The notes: a model not told the origin generated them from the letters alone. 40,998 nucleotides of DNA from Sulfolobus sp. UBA167 (GCA_002495845.1 DAHF01000103.1:20755-61752); one strand, 5' to 3'. Positions 1 through 10,987 are shown, counted from the first letter of the stretch. Translations and numbers: made by a program.

Positions 1-216
1 CTCTTGAGGCTTTTCCTCTTGAGGATTAAGCTTATCGCTTGTTCGCAGATTCGTTTTCTTGGGGAGGGTCTCTTGTTCTTTTTCTATCGTGCTATTTGCA
101 GTGTTTATTTCTTCAACGGGAGTTTCCTCTACCTTTGGAGGCTCATTTCCTTGAGTTGGCTGGGGAAAACTCTGTCCTTCACCTTTGGGGACCTCTTGAG
201 GCTTTTCCTCTTGAGG
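1..216. repeat. 24-bp direct repeat at 1-24 and 193-216, encoding PQEEKPQE in the FtsY acidic domain
   Basis: ctcttgaggcttttcctcttgagg occurs identically at both positions. Confidence 0.85.
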
Positions 217-288
217 TCTTTTAGGCTCCTCTTTGATTTTTCCTACAAAGTTAGAAAAAGCTTTCTTTAATTTATCGAAACAGGAGAA
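1..288 (-). CDS. ftsY: Probable SRP receptor FtsY, 5' part only (runs off the window start); start codon unresolved
   Basis: Manually translated minus frame is open from 288 to 1: (FSC)FDKLKKAFSNFVGKIKEEPKRPQEEKPQEV... It has an amphipathic N-terminal helix followed by an acidic, Pro/Glu-rich region. rpl18a-pfdA-ftsY is a conserved archaeal gene order. The GTPase domain lies outside the window. Confidence 0.75.
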
Positions 289-720
289 TCACCTTGGCTG
301 TTCTGCCTGTGCCCTTTCAAGGATTTCGGCTATCTGGTAATAGGCAGTAGCAGCCTTGTCCCTTTCAGCTACCATGTTTTGAAGGGCTTTATTTATCTCG
401 TCCCTTTTAGCGTCAAGGAACTTCTGCGCATGTTCAGGAGAGACCTCCGCGTAATATCCGAGACCTATATTCAGGGTGACCTTCGAGCTATCTTTCACTT
501 CTCCTTTAATTAAGACGAAACCTCTCCTGTCTACGGTTATTAGTTGATCTCCTTTTTCATTTATGTTTTCTAAAAACTGCTTCGCTGAATCTATTGATGC
601 AAGTGAATCTGTCAGATCTGCTATAGATTTTTGTAACATATCGATGTATTTTTTCAAGTATTCAGCTTGCGCCAATAAGTCCTCCAAGGATATTTGCATC
701 TCTCTGTTTTGGTCTGCCAT
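289..720 (-). CDS. pfdA: Prefoldin alpha subunit
   Basis: Coiled-coil ends around a central hairpin with VTLNIGLGYYAEVS; located in the ribosomal operon. Confidence 0.93.
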   Translation of the reverse strand: MADQNREMQISLEDLLAQAEYLKKYIDMLQKSIADLTDSLASIDSAKQFLENINEKGDQLITVDRRGFVLIKGEVKDSSKVTLNIGLGYYAEVSPEHAQKFLDAKRDEINKALQNMVAERDKAATAYYQIAEILERAQAEQPR

Positions 721-733
721 TTCTCAGCACCTC

Positions 734-994
734 TCAAATCACTATATGATCCAGTTCCATGAGGTCATTTATTCTCTTGTCGTTTATAGTGCTCGGATCT
801 ACTTCCTTGATCTCCTCTATTTTAATGTTCTTTCTTTTTATTTTGTTTTTACTGCCAAAGTTAGAATATATTATTTCTCTTGCTTGGTTCTCACTTAATG
901 CCCTCACGTACTTAACGAACCTTTGCCTTACTGGGTAATGAGATTCGCCGAACAAGGCTATGCCTTTTATCATAAACGTTTTTACTTCTGACAT
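734..994 (-). CDS. rpl18a: 50S ribosomal protein L18Ae/LX (eL20)
   Basis: [26 protein letters not shown] motif; ATG at 994 is preceded by a GGTGA Shine-Dalgarno (1004-1000). Confidence 0.92.
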   Translation of the reverse strand: MSEVKTFMIKGIALFGESHYPVRQRFVKYVRALSENQAREIIYSNFGSKNKIKRKNIKIEEIKEVDPSTINDKRINDLMELDHIVI

Positions 995-995
995 T

Positions 996-1667
996 TCAAT
1001 CACCAAATGCTTTTTGTATTCTTAAAATCTCTGGTCCAGTAGTGCTCGATCCTATAAGTATTCCTTTATTATTTACCACTAAACCGCTCTTTATGAAAGT
1101 ATTTCCAAAATTTATTGTACCTATATTAAAGTTTACTTTGAAAATCCTTTCTAGCCTTTTCATGTCCTCTTCTGTTGCGTCTATGTGAGTTAGACCTCCC
1201 TTGTCGTTTACTGCGCCCACTGCACCAACGCTGATTATGTTAGCTATTGAGCCTTTCTCCACGTTCTCGATGTCAGTTATTTTCTTCAACATTTTAACTT
1301 CCGTATCTGTGAAGTCAGGATATAGCATAGCACCTTTATTGTTAATTAAAATTGTATTTCCAAATGCTGTTACCCTAGAATCAAAAACCTCTACTCTGCA
1401 GTCTTTCAGCTCCCTCTTCAAAAAGGATACTTCCTCATCGGTTGACGTTTTAGGAAGCAGGACAACGTTATCGTTTCCAGCTATGAAAATGCCAAGCAAG
1501 AAAGTCCCAGATATCTGAGACTCTATCACCTCAGTCCCTAGGTTTTCACTTATAGCCTCAATTAACTTCTTATCCGTACCACGGGGAACTAAAGAATATT
1601 TATTATTTGTAAAAATATAGATTCCTATATTATCTGACCCAAATATGCTCGCTTTCTGCAGGTTCAT
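996..1667 (-). CDS. eif6: Translation initiation factor 6 (aIF6)
   Basis: [24 protein letters not shown] and [12 protein letters not shown] pentein repeats. Confidence 0.96.
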   Translation of the reverse strand: MNLQKASIFGSDNIGIYIFTNNKYSLVPRGTDKKLIEAISENLGTEVIESQISGTFLLGIFIAGNDNVVLLPKTSTDEEVSFLKRELKDCRVEVFDSRVTAFGNTILINNKGAMLYPDFTDTEVKMLKKITDIENVEKGSIANIISVGAVGAVNDKGGLTHIDATEEDMKRLERIFKVNFNIGTINFGNTFIKSGLVVNNKGILIGSSTTGPEILRIQKAFGD

Positions 1668-1930
1668 TCACTCTTGATTACAGGTCTTACTAGAAATGTT
1701 TTTTCTCCAACTTTAGTTACAGCTATCTTAACTTTGCTCTGAATTTTTTCTCTTCCGTTTATAGAGACAACTTGGTTCAGCATAGGGTCTAGGACAACTC
1801 TTTCAGCATTGAAATGTCTGGCTACGGTCTCCTTTATTATGTTTATTGCTCTCCTGCTTCTAACGTTCCTTTTTCCCATTATAGCCCTCCTAAGGTTTAT
1901 TGTCATCTCGAAATTATCCTTCTCCTTCAT
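1664..1930 (-). CDS. rpl31e: 50S ribosomal protein L31e
   Basis: MTINLRR...[11 protein letters not shown]...RHF; sits between L39e and eIF6. Confidence 0.93.
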   Translation of the reverse strand: MKEKDNFEMTINLRRAIMGKRNVRSRRAINIIKETVARHFNAERVVLDPMLNQVVSINGREKIQSKVKIAVTKVGEKTFLVRPVIKSE

Positions 1931-1933
1931 TTA

Positions 1934-2089
1934 TCACACCTTCAGATCGTTCCTTCTCCAGTCCCTTCTCATTAAGTTATACTTATATTTTCCGTTTGTT
2001 CTCAATATAACCCAGACTGGTACGCTCTCATTGTTTTTCATTGCTTTCCCGAGCCTGAGCTTTTTGCCCAAATTTTTATGCGTGCTCAT
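1934..2089 (-). CDS. rpl39e: 50S ribosomal protein L39e (51 aa, absent from the ORF track)
   Basis: Manual translation: [51 protein letters not shown]. Confidence 0.95.
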   Translation of the reverse strand: MSTHKNLGKKLRLGKAMKNNESVPVWVILRTNGKYKYNLMRRDWRRNDLKV

Positions 2090-2441
2090 TCCATCCTCTC
2101 TCTCTAATTTGTATCTTAAAATCTCTTCTGTTTTGTTCTGTGAGCTGGCTCAGTATTGCCTTCAAGTCATCGTCAGTTATTGGAACCTTTATTCTGCCAC
2201 TTTGTGCCAGTACAATGAGCTGGTCGCTTAATGAATTGGCGAAATCAGGTTTCACTAGTTTTATGTTAGATAATCTCTGCCTAGCCTCTGGAGTCAAAAT
2301 AGCTCGTAGCGCTGCATCTCTTTGTGATTCAATTTCACTTTGTTTCCTTTTTTCTGCTTCAGCCCTCCTCTGTTCCTCTGATGCTCTCTTGTTTAAAAGA
2401 TCGTTTAGCTCTTCGTCGTCATAATCAGACGTACGTATCAC
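2076..2441 (-). CDS. PDCD5/TFAR19-family DNA-binding protein
   Basis: [18 protein letters not shown] and [13 protein letters not shown] motifs; conserved position after rps19e. Confidence 0.92.
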   Translation of the reverse strand: MIRTSDYDDEELNDLLNKRASEEQRRAEAEKRKQSEIESQRDAALRAILTPEARQRLSNIKLVKPDFANSLSDQLIVLAQSGRIKVPITDDDLKAILSQLTEQNRRDFKIQIRERGWNEHA

Positions 2442-2899
2442 CCCTCCATGTATACTTTAAGGGATGGATTAGACTCAGCTAATTCCTTAAATGCGTCTAG
2501 AGATATCTTATCCATTAATGACCTTCCTCTTGAAGATAACATCCTTCCCCTCTTGGTCTTAATGACGAGGCCGGCCTTCTCTAGCTGTTGCATAATTAAT
2601 CTGGTGGAATGTCCCGGGGCTTTCGAGAAATGAGGGGGTCTATTTCCCTTAGATTTGGGACCACCGTAAACTACCTTACTTTTACCTACACCTAGAAATG
2701 TATCGATGTACATTCTTCTCATTATGGAAGCTGTCCTTACGTACCACCACTCCTCTGGGTTGTCTGGTATTCTTTCCTTAAAGCTTGCAGTTTTGGTTAT
2801 TATGCTCCACTCGGGAGGACTTACTATGCTGTTCTCCTTTAGGTAAGTTGAGAGCTTTTCTATCAATTTTTCAGGAGGTACCATATTTGCAGTAATCAT
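2438..2899 (-). CDS. rps19e: 30S ribosomal protein S19e
   Basis: PPEW...[10 protein letters not shown]...[12 protein letters not shown] and QQLEKAGLV. Confidence 0.96.
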   Translation of the reverse strand: MITANMVPPEKLIEKLSTYLKENSIVSPPEWSIITKTASFKERIPDNPEEWWYVRTASIMRRMYIDTFLGVGKSKVVYGGPKSKGNRPPHFSKAPGHSTRLIMQQLEKAGLVIKTKRGRMLSSRGRSLMDKISLDAFKELAESNPSLKVYMEG

Positions 2900-2964
2900 T
2901 CTAAATCGATCTAAGTTACCATGTAAGGTTTAAAAATTATCCTATTAGTTACTTTCAGGTAAAT

Positions 2965-4149
2965 ATGAAGCTTTACATTGCAGGAGAAGAGGAGATCAAG
3001 AGTGGAGAGATCACAGACGTTTACTTTGATAGGACGCTTAGAGCACTAAACCATCTCGGCTTGAAAGACGTTAAAGTAAGAATGGAATTTCACTGTTATG
3101 GACTTCCAACTGGATATCCTTGGGGAGTGTTTGCTGGACTTGAGGAAGCTCTAAACCTATTGGAAGGTAAAAATGTTACGGTATATGCTATGGATGAGGG
3201 TACAATCTTCAGGGAAATCGAGCCGGTCATGATCATTGAGGGCAATTATTTAGACTTTGGCAGATTGGAGACTGCATTACTGGGAGTTATAAGGCATGAA
3301 AGTAGCATAGCAACCAAGGCAGCGAGAATGAAGTCCATCGCAATTGACAAGCAGATGACTTTCTTTGGGTTAAGAGCTTTGCACCCCGCAATAGCCCCGA
3401 TGGCAGATAGGGCGGCTTACATTGGAGGAATGGATGGTGTGTCAGGACTAATGAGCGAGAGCTTCATAGGGGTTAAACCTTCTGGTACGATGCCACACGC
3501 GCTCATGTTATCAGTCGGCGATAGTGTTACTGCATGGAGAGCGTTCGATGAGTCTGTTGAACCAGACGTTCCCAGGATTGTCCTAGTTGATACGTTCGAC
3601 GATGAGAGAAACGAAGCCTTGAAAGCCGCGCTTACGCTAAAAGAGAGGCTTTACGGCATAAGGTTAGATACTCCTTCTAGTAGACGCGGTAACTTCAAGA
3701 GGATCATCAAGGAGATTAGATGGACATTAGATATAAACGGATTTTCTAAGGTGAAGATAATTGCAAGCGGAGGCTTGGACGAAAATGACATCATGGAACT
3801 CCGTGACGTTGTAGATGGCTTCGGTATTGGTACTTCTATAGCTTTTCCACCAAGTGTAGACTTCAGTGCTGACATAGTAGAGAAATATGAAGGAGGGAAA
3901 TGGACTCCATTTACGAAGAGAGGAAAGTGGCCAGGAGCTAAACAGGTGTTTAGGTGTGGAAAGGAATACAAGATAACACTCTTAGATCAAGCTATGGATG
4001 GCTGTGAACCTCTGCTTAAGCTATATATGAAGGATGGAAAGCTAGTTCGCGATCTTCCGTCTCCTACCCAGATAAGGGAGAAAGTTATATCTCAGCTCAA
4101 AGCCCTGAACTCTGCCGAACCTCAAACCGAAAGTAGATTAACCTCTTAA
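2965..4149 (+). CDS. pncB: Nicotinate phosphoribosyltransferase
   Basis: [38 protein letters not shown] and GFGIGT motifs. Confidence 0.92.
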   Translation: MKLYIAGEEEIKSGEITDVYFDRTLRALNHLGLKDVKVRMEFHCYGLPTGYPWGVFAGLEEALNLLEGKNVTVYAMDEGTIFREIEPVMIIEGNYLDFGRLETALLGVIRHESSIATKAARMKSIAIDKQMTFFGLRALHPAIAPMADRAAYIGGMDGVSGLMSESFIGVKPSGTMPHALMLSVGDSVTAWRAFDESVEPDVPRIVLVDTFDDERNEALKAALTLKERLYGIRLDTPSSRRGNFKRIIKEIRWTLDINGFSKVKIIASGGLDENDIMELRDVVDGFGIGTSIAFPPSVDFSADIVEKYEGGKWTPFTKRGKWPGAKQVFRCGKEYKITLLDQAMDGCEPLLKLYMKDGKLVRDLPSPTQIREKVISQLKALNSAEPQTESRLTS

Positions 4150-5190
4150 TTGAATTTCTTTCAAGTTCTCTATGCTTCTGTTAAATGCTATCTCCACTAT
4201 AGGTTCCATTCTCCTTATCGAGTTGTAAAGCCTTAAATTTAATGACCTCACTGTGGATATCAGCATTGGTGACTTTATTTCTATAATTTTGTCCTCAAGC
4301 TCTGAGGCTTCGGCTATGAGCACCCTCCTAAGTGTCCTCAATTCTTCCATTACTTCATTTATTAGCATAACGTCTTCCTTAGATAGCACCTTTACAGTGT
4401 GGTCTATTACCACTGCTGTCTGTTCTATGAAAATATTTAGTTTGTTCCAAAAGTTCTTAAGCACTTCCATATCCTCAGGATGTAATGCCAGAAGATCGCT
4501 AGCTGCCTCACTTATCTCATCTGCAGCTTCTTCTATTGACTTAATTAATATCCTGTTTCCTACTATCTGAATTCTTTTCACGCCTATCATGTAAGCTAGG
4601 CTTCTGTTTATCTGTGCCAGCAAGAGCTGTCTTAAGGCTAAATAATAGAGTCTATCAATTTCCTTCTCCAGTTCTATTACCTCTTGCAGGAATGTCCTGC
4701 TTGACTCCTTTATGCCCAAATCTAGGTAATGAAGCATCTGCTTTATAGAGTTTGATAGTCTAGCAATCAAGCTACTGATGCTGTACTTGGTCGGGTCTAA
4801 AAAGGACTGTATTTGAATGCTATCTACTGTCTGTGTTATTATTTCTAATCCTATAAGATTCCTTGATGCCTCCTTTATCTTCCTCATGGTTTCTTCTCCA
4901 ATTATACCGTCTTTTGACGAAATATCTATTTTATCTATACCAAGTATATAAAGAGAATAAACTGCTCTACTCACGACCTCTGGCTGAACTTGACCTGAAA
5001 GCGTTATTTTGACTTCCCTGCTGTTAGACTCAGACTTCAGATTGGGAGGATAAACCTTCAAGCTTCCATCTTCATCAACTTCCAAGTATACGCTCTCACC
5101 TGCAGACAAGCTGACCTCTTTCACCCAGTCGGCGGGCAAAGACACCATTAGCGTAGACTTGCCAAACTTCTGAACTCTTCTGACTTCCAT
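4138..5190 (-). CDS. phoU: Phosphate uptake regulator, AbrB-like N-domain plus PhoU domains
   Basis: [21 protein letters not shown]-terminus; [17 protein letters not shown] PhoU helix. Confidence 0.85.
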   Translation of the reverse strand: MEVRRVQKFGKSTLMVSLPADWVKEVSLSAGESVYLEVDEDGSLKVYPPNLKSESNSREVKITLSGQVQPEVVSRAVYSLYILGIDKIDISSKDGIIGEETMRKIKEASRNLIGLEIITQTVDSIQIQSFLDPTKYSISSLIARLSNSIKQMLHYLDLGIKESSRTFLQEVIELEKEIDRLYYLALRQLLLAQINRSLAYMIGVKRIQIVGNRILIKSIEEAADEISEAASDLLALHPEDMEVLKNFWNKLNIFIEQTAVVIDHTVKVLSKEDVMLINEVMEELRTLRRVLIAEASELEDKIIEIKSPMLISTVRSLNLRLYNSIRRMEPIVEIAFNRSIENLKEIQLRG

Positions 5191-5251
5191 ATAAGTCCAC
5201 TCTATTATGTATAGTAAAATACAAGGTATATAAAAGTAGTTTAAACCTAGC

Positions 5252-6241
5252 CTATATTACTTTAACTTCAGGAATATCACCAAACTCTTTAACATGTACT
5301 TTTCCACCGTTGCTTGGTACTATTCTCATACCTATTGGTCTCATTTTAGTTAGCCTTATCGAGTATAATGCTTTAATCAAGTCAAGGATAACCTTCTTGT
5401 CTCTGTATAGGGCAACCATGTCTATTCCAGCTGCGCACACGAACGTCAGTTCAAGCAGGTCCCTTAAGGTCAATTTCTCTTCTTCAACCCTTTTCCTTAG
5501 CAAGTTGTCCTCTGCGACTGGCAACATGAGCTCTGAAAAACCCAAAGGTCTTACCTTTGACGATAATGCGGACTCAGCTATTTCACGGTTTATCTCGTGT
5601 ACAGCCCATATATTTGAAATGTTGAACATGGTGTCGCTCTTCTTCTCTATTATCTCTCCCACGCTTTTCTCCATCCAAGGCGAGAGAGACAGATCAGTCC
5701 CCAAGTATCTTACCTTGAGTTCGTTCTCCAGCTTCCTCCCAATTTCATCAGAGGCAGAGAACGCTTTTACCATCTTCCCTGACATGGCTTCATCTGTGTA
5801 AATCAGAGCGAGACCGAAGGAACTTGAAGCTACGTCAGCAGTGGAGATCGGGAAATAAGGAGAGACCAAGAACCAATCGTTGAAGAGGACTCCGAACCTA
5901 GTCGCTTGCTCTGGTTCCAAGCTTAGGACAAGGTTAGAAACCATGTCTATGTCCTTCTCGTCCCTGAGCAAAACATTAGCATAGAAGTTATCAGAAACTG
6001 AAAGGATATCATTTACCTCTTTCAACCTTGGATCATTGGAGGTCAAACTTGCAACGCTATAGATAACGTCTTTCATGGTGGGGATCTCGGAAATTTTATC
6101 TAGAGTTACATCCCTAGGTGTTGGAGGTAAAGAGATTCTCTTGGTCCATATGTCGTCCCTCTTGATGCTAGATAATATAGTCTCGGCCTTCTCTACTTCT
6201 GATAACTCTTTTGCGAAGAAAGTGAATGCCCTTATTTTCAT
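5252..6241 (-). CDS. DUF711 (UPF0210) family protein
   Basis: [26 protein letters not shown] and VCAAGIDMV motifs. Confidence 0.8.
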   Translation of the reverse strand: MKIRAFTFFAKELSEVEKAETILSSIKRDDIWTKRISLPPTPRDVTLDKISEIPTMKDVIYSVASLTSNDPRLKEVNDILSVSDNFYANVLLRDEKDIDMVSNLVLSLEPEQATRFGVLFNDWFLVSPYFPISTADVASSSFGLALIYTDEAMSGKMVKAFSASDEIGRKLENELKVRYLGTDLSLSPWMEKSVGEIIEKKSDTMFNISNIWAVHEINREIAESALSSKVRPLGFSELMLPVAEDNLLRKRVEEEKLTLRDLLELTFVCAAGIDMVALYRDKKVILDLIKALYSIRLTKMRPIGMRIVPSNGGKVHVKEFGDIPEVKVI

Positions 6242-6285
6242 TTCTGAAATCTATCTTTTAATCTAATGAAGAGCTTTAATTATCT

Positions 6286-6699
6286 ATGGCAGGTAAGCTT
6301 ACAATTCTACAAGCTGAGAACAGCATGGACAAGTTTTACCATGCTCTCGTTATGGCAACTGAAGCTAGAACTCTAGGGTGGGAAGTTAACGTCTTTGTTA
6401 CGTCTCAAGCCGTAGTTCTATTAGCCGAAGGAGAAAAAGGAAGGAAAGCTAGGTCAAAGCTGAGTATAGGAGGATTAGCTAGATTTTTCGTGAAGATGCA
6501 GATGAAGAAATTGGGAATAACTGACATAGAAGCTCTACTTAAAAGGGCTATGAGCGCAGGCGTTCAATTTTTTGTAGATGAAGCAGGCTTGAGAATTGCT
6601 AAGATCAGTAAGGAGGATTTGATGGAGAATGTAAAGTTGTCAGGTGGTATATCTTTTTTACTTTCAGCCAAGGAATCTGATGTGGTGGTAACTCTTTGA
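6286..6699 (+). CDS. DsrE/DsrF-like family protein containing no Cys
   Basis: ALVMATEARTLGWEVNVFVT...ALLKRAMSAGVQFF...FLLSAKESDVVVTL pattern typical of the DsrE fold. Confidence 0.8.
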   Translation: MAGKLTILQAENSMDKFYHALVMATEARTLGWEVNVFVTSQAVVLLAEGEKGRKARSKLSIGGLARFFVKMQMKKLGITDIEALLKRAMSAGVQFFVDEAGLRIAKISKEDLMENVKLSGGISFLLSAKESDVVVTL

Positions 6700-6932
6700 A
6701 AGTAATAAAAGCAGATGGTGTTTGCCCCATGGTTGTAATGGACGTGTTCAAAGAGTGGAACTCATTGCAGGAAGGACAGCAGGAAGAAGTGTTGATATCC
6801 ACTGATTGGGAGGCAGCGGCTCTGGAGCTGGAGAAATGGTGCAAAGAGACGGGAAACGAGTATAAAGGCTACAACAAGGAGGGAAACAGATTCAACGTTA
6901 CAATAAGGCTAGTTAAGAAACAGCCTATGTGA
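6696..6932 (+). CDS. tusA: TusA/SirA-family sulfur carrier
   Basis: DGVCPMVV (CP motif), EVLISTD, LEKWCKETGNEY; overlaps the DsrE stop by 4 nt. Confidence 0.75.
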   Translation: MKVIKADGVCPMVVMDVFKEWNSLQEGQQEEVLISTDWEAAALELEKWCKETGNEYKGYNKEGNRFNVTIRLVKKQPM

Positions 6933-6990
6933 AAAAGCTATAAATATAATAGGCGTAATCTATTGTTTAAGATCGAGGTAGGTCCGTATT

Positions 6991-7896
6991 GTGTCAAGAG
7001 ATCTTCATGTATTTGAGGACTCAATTGACCTTTTAGAGGGTATGTGGCCAACCCCTCTCTTAAGGTTGAGAATAGGTAAGAACGTCTGGGGGAAACTAGA
7101 GTTCTATAATCCCTTTAGCCACAGCATAAAGGATAGAACTGCCTTTTTCCTTTTCAAAGAGGCAGTAAAGAAAGAAGCCAAATCCTTAACTGAGGCTACA
7201 TCAGGCAATACAGGAATAGCTCTAGCATCTATGGCAGCTTCCCATGGGATGAACTTCACTATGTTCGTTCCATCGTCCGCGTCAAAGGTGTATCCTTTCT
7301 TGGCGCAACTATTAGGTGCGGAGGTCTTTTCGGCAGGAGACAAAACGGCTGACTTGATACCTTTAGTTAAACAATATGCAGTTGTAACCAACGCGTTGAA
7401 CTTAGATCAGTTTAATAACCCTGCGAACGTCCTTGCGCATTATAATACAACTGCCAGAGAAATAGATGAACAGTTATCATCGCAAGGATTGAGGCCAGAA
7501 AGGATCATAGCTACTATGGGGACTGGAGGGCATTTGGCTGGGATTTCAAAATATTTTAAGGAGAAATATGGGGATGCCGTAGAAATCATTGGGGTTCAGC
7601 CAGCAGAAGGATCAAGGATTCCGGGACTGAAGAGACAAGACTTTTCACATAATTCACTTCTGAGCATGGCTAAGATAGATAAGGTTCTTGATATAACTCT
7701 GAACGAAGCTATAGAAGGTGTAAAGCTAATAGCCCGTTCTACAGGTATCTTGATAGGAATAAGCGCAGGCGCTACAGTTTCCGCATTTAATAAGGTTAAC
7801 GATGAGAAAGTAACTGTTCTCATATTCCCTGACGATGTGTTCAAGTACATAGAAATGCTGGAACAAATTTTAAAAGCAGAAGAGAACAACAAATAG
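6991..7896 (+). CDS. cysM: PLP-dependent cysteine synthase (O-phosphoserine sulfhydrylase-like)
   Basis: [20 protein letters not shown] (PLP Lys), [13 protein letters not shown] and IPGLKR motifs. Confidence 0.88.
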   Translation: MSRDLHVFEDSIDLLEGMWPTPLLRLRIGKNVWGKLEFYNPFSHSIKDRTAFFLFKEAVKKEAKSLTEATSGNTGIALASMAASHGMNFTMFVPSSASKVYPFLAQLLGAEVFSAGDKTADLIPLVKQYAVVTNALNLDQFNNPANVLAHYNTTAREIDEQLSSQGLRPERIIATMGTGGHLAGISKYFKEKYGDAVEIIGVQPAEGSRIPGLKRQDFSHNSLLSMAKIDKVLDITLNEAIEGVKLIARSTGILIGISAGATVSAFNKVNDEKVTVLIFPDDVFKYIEMLEQILKAEENNK

Positions 7897-7899
7897 TTC

Positions 7900-8094
7900 G
7901 TGTCAGAGCTGATTGTAATTTTAAATAAGAAAGGAGATGTTTTAGATTTTTATCCAAAAGTTCCTAATATTTCTGATATTTTGGCTATGAAGCCGGAGGA
8001 GGTCTACGATGACGGCGAGTTAATAAGGTTGAGAATAGTAACTGACATAAATGAGGAGCATAAAGATAGCGCCGTCGCTTTACACACAGTCTAA
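7900..8094 (+). CDS. Small hypothetical protein
   Basis: 64-aa ORF filling the gap between cysM and the kinase; protein-like composition. Confidence 0.6.
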   Translation: MSELIVILNKKGDVLDFYPKVPNISDILAMKPEEVYDDGELIRLRIVTDINEEHKDSAVALHTV

Positions 8095-8722
8095 GATCGA
8101 GTGGAGAGATGGCAGGAAGATAGTTTCAAAGTGCTATTCTTCAGTTTTTGGTCTAAAATGGTTTATTATTTCTGGAATGTTCTATACGTTTCCTTATGCT
8201 TCTCAACCGTTGGAGAGGATGGGAAGGGAAATTGAGTTCTTCACCTTCAGGTGGAAGGGAATAGGAGTACCTAAAATAATCGACATGGATTACGATCGTA
8301 TATGCCTATTTAGAGAATTTATAGACGGAAAAGAGGTAGGCAAGGACAGGGAAAGTTTCGAATTAATTGGAAAAGCTCTAAGAAAGATACATGAAGCCGG
8401 TTTCGTCATGGGGGACACAAAGCTATCTAACTTCATGATAAAGGACGACGAGGTTTTCGTCATAGATGCAGAGCAGGCAATAAGGAATGCATCCAAGGAT
8501 TATATAGCATGGGACATTCTGGTCTTCCTTCTGTTCTCTAGCTTCGCCTTCATCAATGAGGTTAAGGAGTATAGGGAATGCATAAGGTCTTTCATGACAG
8601 GATATGAAATTGACAACGAAATAGCCTTGAAAATCACTGATATAAAAAACGTACCTTTGCTGGCCCTTTTTCCTCCATTACATTTGATTGAAATTAAGAA
8701 GATTAGCGCAGAGTTTCTATGA
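8051..8722 (+). CDS. Atypical Ser/Thr kinase-like protein (Bud32/RIO/Kdo-like fold)
   Basis: GIGVPKI, REFIDG, catalytic loop IHEAGFVMGDTKLSNF and IDAEQA. Confidence 0.8.
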   Translation: MRSIKIAPSLYTQSKIEWRDGRKIVSKCYSSVFGLKWFIISGMFYTFPYASQPLERMGREIEFFTFRWKGIGVPKIIDMDYDRICLFREFIDGKEVGKDRESFELIGKALRKIHEAGFVMGDTKLSNFMIKDDEVFVIDAEQAIRNASKDYIAWDILVFLLFSSFAFINEVKEYRECIRSFMTGYEIDNEIALKITDIKNVPLLALFPPLHLIEIKKISAEFL

Positions 8723-8888
8723 CTATCTTATCGTTGTCCTTCCTTGTTCTCACTTCTTGGTCAAGTATCCTAACTCCGCAGGCAGGACATTTATAAAAAT
8801 ACTTTATGGTCTTGCTGGAGTCGCCTAGCTCAGCTTCTACCAAGAACTCCATTTTTACTCTGCACCTTGGACAGTCAACTTCATCCAT
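8703..8888 (-). CDS. Zn-ribbon protein (61 aa)
   Basis: CPRC...YKCPACG; ATG at 8888 avoids overlap with moaA. Confidence 0.8.
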   Translation of the reverse strand: MDEVDCPRCRVKMEFLVEAELGDSSKTIKYFYKCPACGVRILDQEVRTRKDNDKIVIETLR

Positions 8889-8927
8889 AGCGTGATTTTT
8901 AACTAGCGGAAATATAAGAGTATATAT

Positions 8928-9845
8928 ATGCTTGACAGATTCGGTAGACCAGTTGAAGACCTGAGGATAACCCTGACTCATACTTGCAACTTCAAGTGTT
9001 TCTTTTGTCACATGGAAGGTGAAGGAGATGCTGTATCCGGAGTGTCCAGACGTGGGATATTTAGGGTAACTGAGGTCTCAAAGGATTACGGAGTTAGATC
9101 GGTTAAACTCACGGGAGGAGAACCTACACTCAGGAGAGATCTGTTTGAGATCATCTCGGACATATCCTCTTTGGGATTAGAAGTTTCCATGACAACTAAC
9201 GGCTTTCTGCTGGCCTCAATTGCGGGGAAGCTAAAGGAGGCTGGCCTGTCGAGAGTCAATGTAAGCTTGCATGGGTCAGACCCTACATCTTTCAAGGCTG
9301 TGACAGGCGTTGATGCATTTCACAGGGTCGTTGAAGGGATTAAGGTCGCCTTAGAGAACGACCTCAGACCTTTGAAAGTGAACATTGTAGTTACAAGGAA
9401 GAACTTGAATGACATAGAAAATCTTCTTTCCATGGTAGAGGGGATTGGGGTAGACGAGGTTCACCTGATAGAGATGCACCCTGTCGGTCATGGAAGGGAG
9501 GCATTTGCTAACCATATATTTCTAAGGGACTTAGAGAAGAAACTGGAGAACCTATCAGTCAGGAAAGAGCTTAGGTCCAAACATATGAGGCCAAGGTACG
9601 TCATGAGCTCAGGTATGGTGATAGAGGTCGTCAAACCTTACGCTAATCCATTATTCTGCGCTGGTTGCAACAGAATAAGGTTGACCGCAGACGGAAAGCT
9701 AAAGACTTGTTTGTATAGAGATGAGAGGGTTATAGATATTTCCTCAGTGTTGGATGAGAGAGACGACGTAGCATATTCTTTAATAAGGTCAGCATTCGAA
9801 ATTGCGATAGCTATTAGAGAGCCCAACTTCAAATATAATTTATGA
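8928..9845 (+). CDS. moaA: GTP 3',8-cyclase (molybdopterin biosynthesis)
   Basis: [18 protein letters not shown] and the C-terminal [19 protein letters not shown] cluster motif. Confidence 0.95.
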   Translation: MLDRFGRPVEDLRITLTHTCNFKCFFCHMEGEGDAVSGVSRRGIFRVTEVSKDYGVRSVKLTGGEPTLRRDLFEIISDISSLGLEVSMTTNGFLLASIAGKLKEAGLSRVNVSLHGSDPTSFKAVTGVDAFHRVVEGIKVALENDLRPLKVNIVVTRKNLNDIENLLSMVEGIGVDEVHLIEMHPVGHGREAFANHIFLRDLEKKLENLSVRKELRSKHMRPRYVMSSGMVIEVVKPYANPLFCAGCNRIRLTADGKLKTCLYRDERVIDISSVLDERDDVAYSLIRSAFEIAIAIREPNFKYNL

Positions 9846-10909
9846 ATATGCTCGGAAAACTTCAGAAGCTCCAGGAAGAGGACGGAGTAGACTGCGTGAT
9901 GATCACAGCAGAGCCTAATCTCTACTACTACTCTAACTTTGAAGGGGCTGGAGTACTAACCCTAAAGGATGGTAGGCTTACCCTAATAGTCCCAGAGCTG
10001 GAAAAGAACCGGGCTCTAGAAGTAAAAGGAGTAGATGTAGTAAGCTATTTTCCGTTCAAGATAACAGAGGACACGTTTGAAGGGTCTCTGACAACTGTGC
10101 TGAAGAGCGTTTTAGGGGGCTGTCGTAAACTTGGAGTCGATCTAGGATGGGTCAATGCACCTTCCTACCTCCAATTCAAGAGCTTAGTAAACGACATTTT
10201 TGACATCTCTGACGCTGTCCTGAACCAGAGATCGATAAAAGATGAAGACGAAATAGCAATGATAAAGGAGGCAGGTAAAATCACTTCGTCTGCAATGAAG
10301 GTCGGTATGGACAAAGTCTTATCAGGGAACGTCAGCGAGAAGCAGGTTGCGGGTTATATAGACATGACAATGAAGGAAGAGGGCGCAGAGGATTACGCCT
10401 TTCCTTCTATAGTAGCCTTCTCTGAGAACTCAGCTAAGCCACACCACGTCCCCTCAGATAAGAGGTTTGAGGTGGGTAAACCGGCAGTAGTAGACATAGG
10501 GGCTAAATATGGTGGGTATTGTTTTGACAGTACCAGGACTTTCATACCTTCACCGTTGGAAGAAGTGAGGAAGATCTATGAGATAGTCCTGCAAGCCCAG
10601 TTAGAGGCAATAGACCTAGTGAGAGATGGAGTTAAGGCATCAGAGATAGACATGGCAGCAAGGAAGGTGATAGAGAAGGCTGGATTCGGAAAGTACTTCG
10701 TCCATTCAACTGGCCACGGTGTAGGGATAGAAGTACACGAGAAGCCATACGTTTCATTTACATCAAAGGACGTGTTAAAGGAGAACATGGTAATAACCGC
10801 AGAACCCGGAATATACATACACGGCAAGTTCGGAGTCAGAATTGAAGATACTTTAGTCGTAAGGAAAGGGAAGCCTGAAGTGTTAGAAACCACTTATAAA
10901 CTCCTGTAA
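9842..10909 (+). CDS. pepQ: Xaa-Pro peptidase (prolidase, M24B)
   Basis: [35 protein letters not shown] and GVRIED. Confidence 0.92.
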   Translation: MNMLGKLQKLQEEDGVDCVMITAEPNLYYYSNFEGAGVLTLKDGRLTLIVPELEKNRALEVKGVDVVSYFPFKITEDTFEGSLTTVLKSVLGGCRKLGVDLGWVNAPSYLQFKSLVNDIFDISDAVLNQRSIKDEDEIAMIKEAGKITSSAMKVGMDKVLSGNVSEKQVAGYIDMTMKEEGAEDYAFPSIVAFSENSAKPHHVPSDKRFEVGKPAVVDIGAKYGGYCFDSTRTFIPSPLEEVRKIYEIVLQAQLEAIDLVRDGVKASEIDMAARKVIEKAGFGKYFVHSTGHGVGIEVHEKPYVSFTSKDVLKENMVITAEPGIYIHGKFGVRIEDTLVVRKGKPEVLETTYKLL

Positions 10910-10987
10910 TCTATAGAGGCATTAAAAACGGTAGTTAAATGTTCTGTAAAAAAGTATTAATTTTAAGGAAGTACATAGTAGGTTACA

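Noticed and set aside
8928-9845. MoaA lacking the C-terminal Gly-Gly motif as a truncation
   Set aside because: To my knowledge this is common in archaeal MoaA; both cluster motifs are intact.
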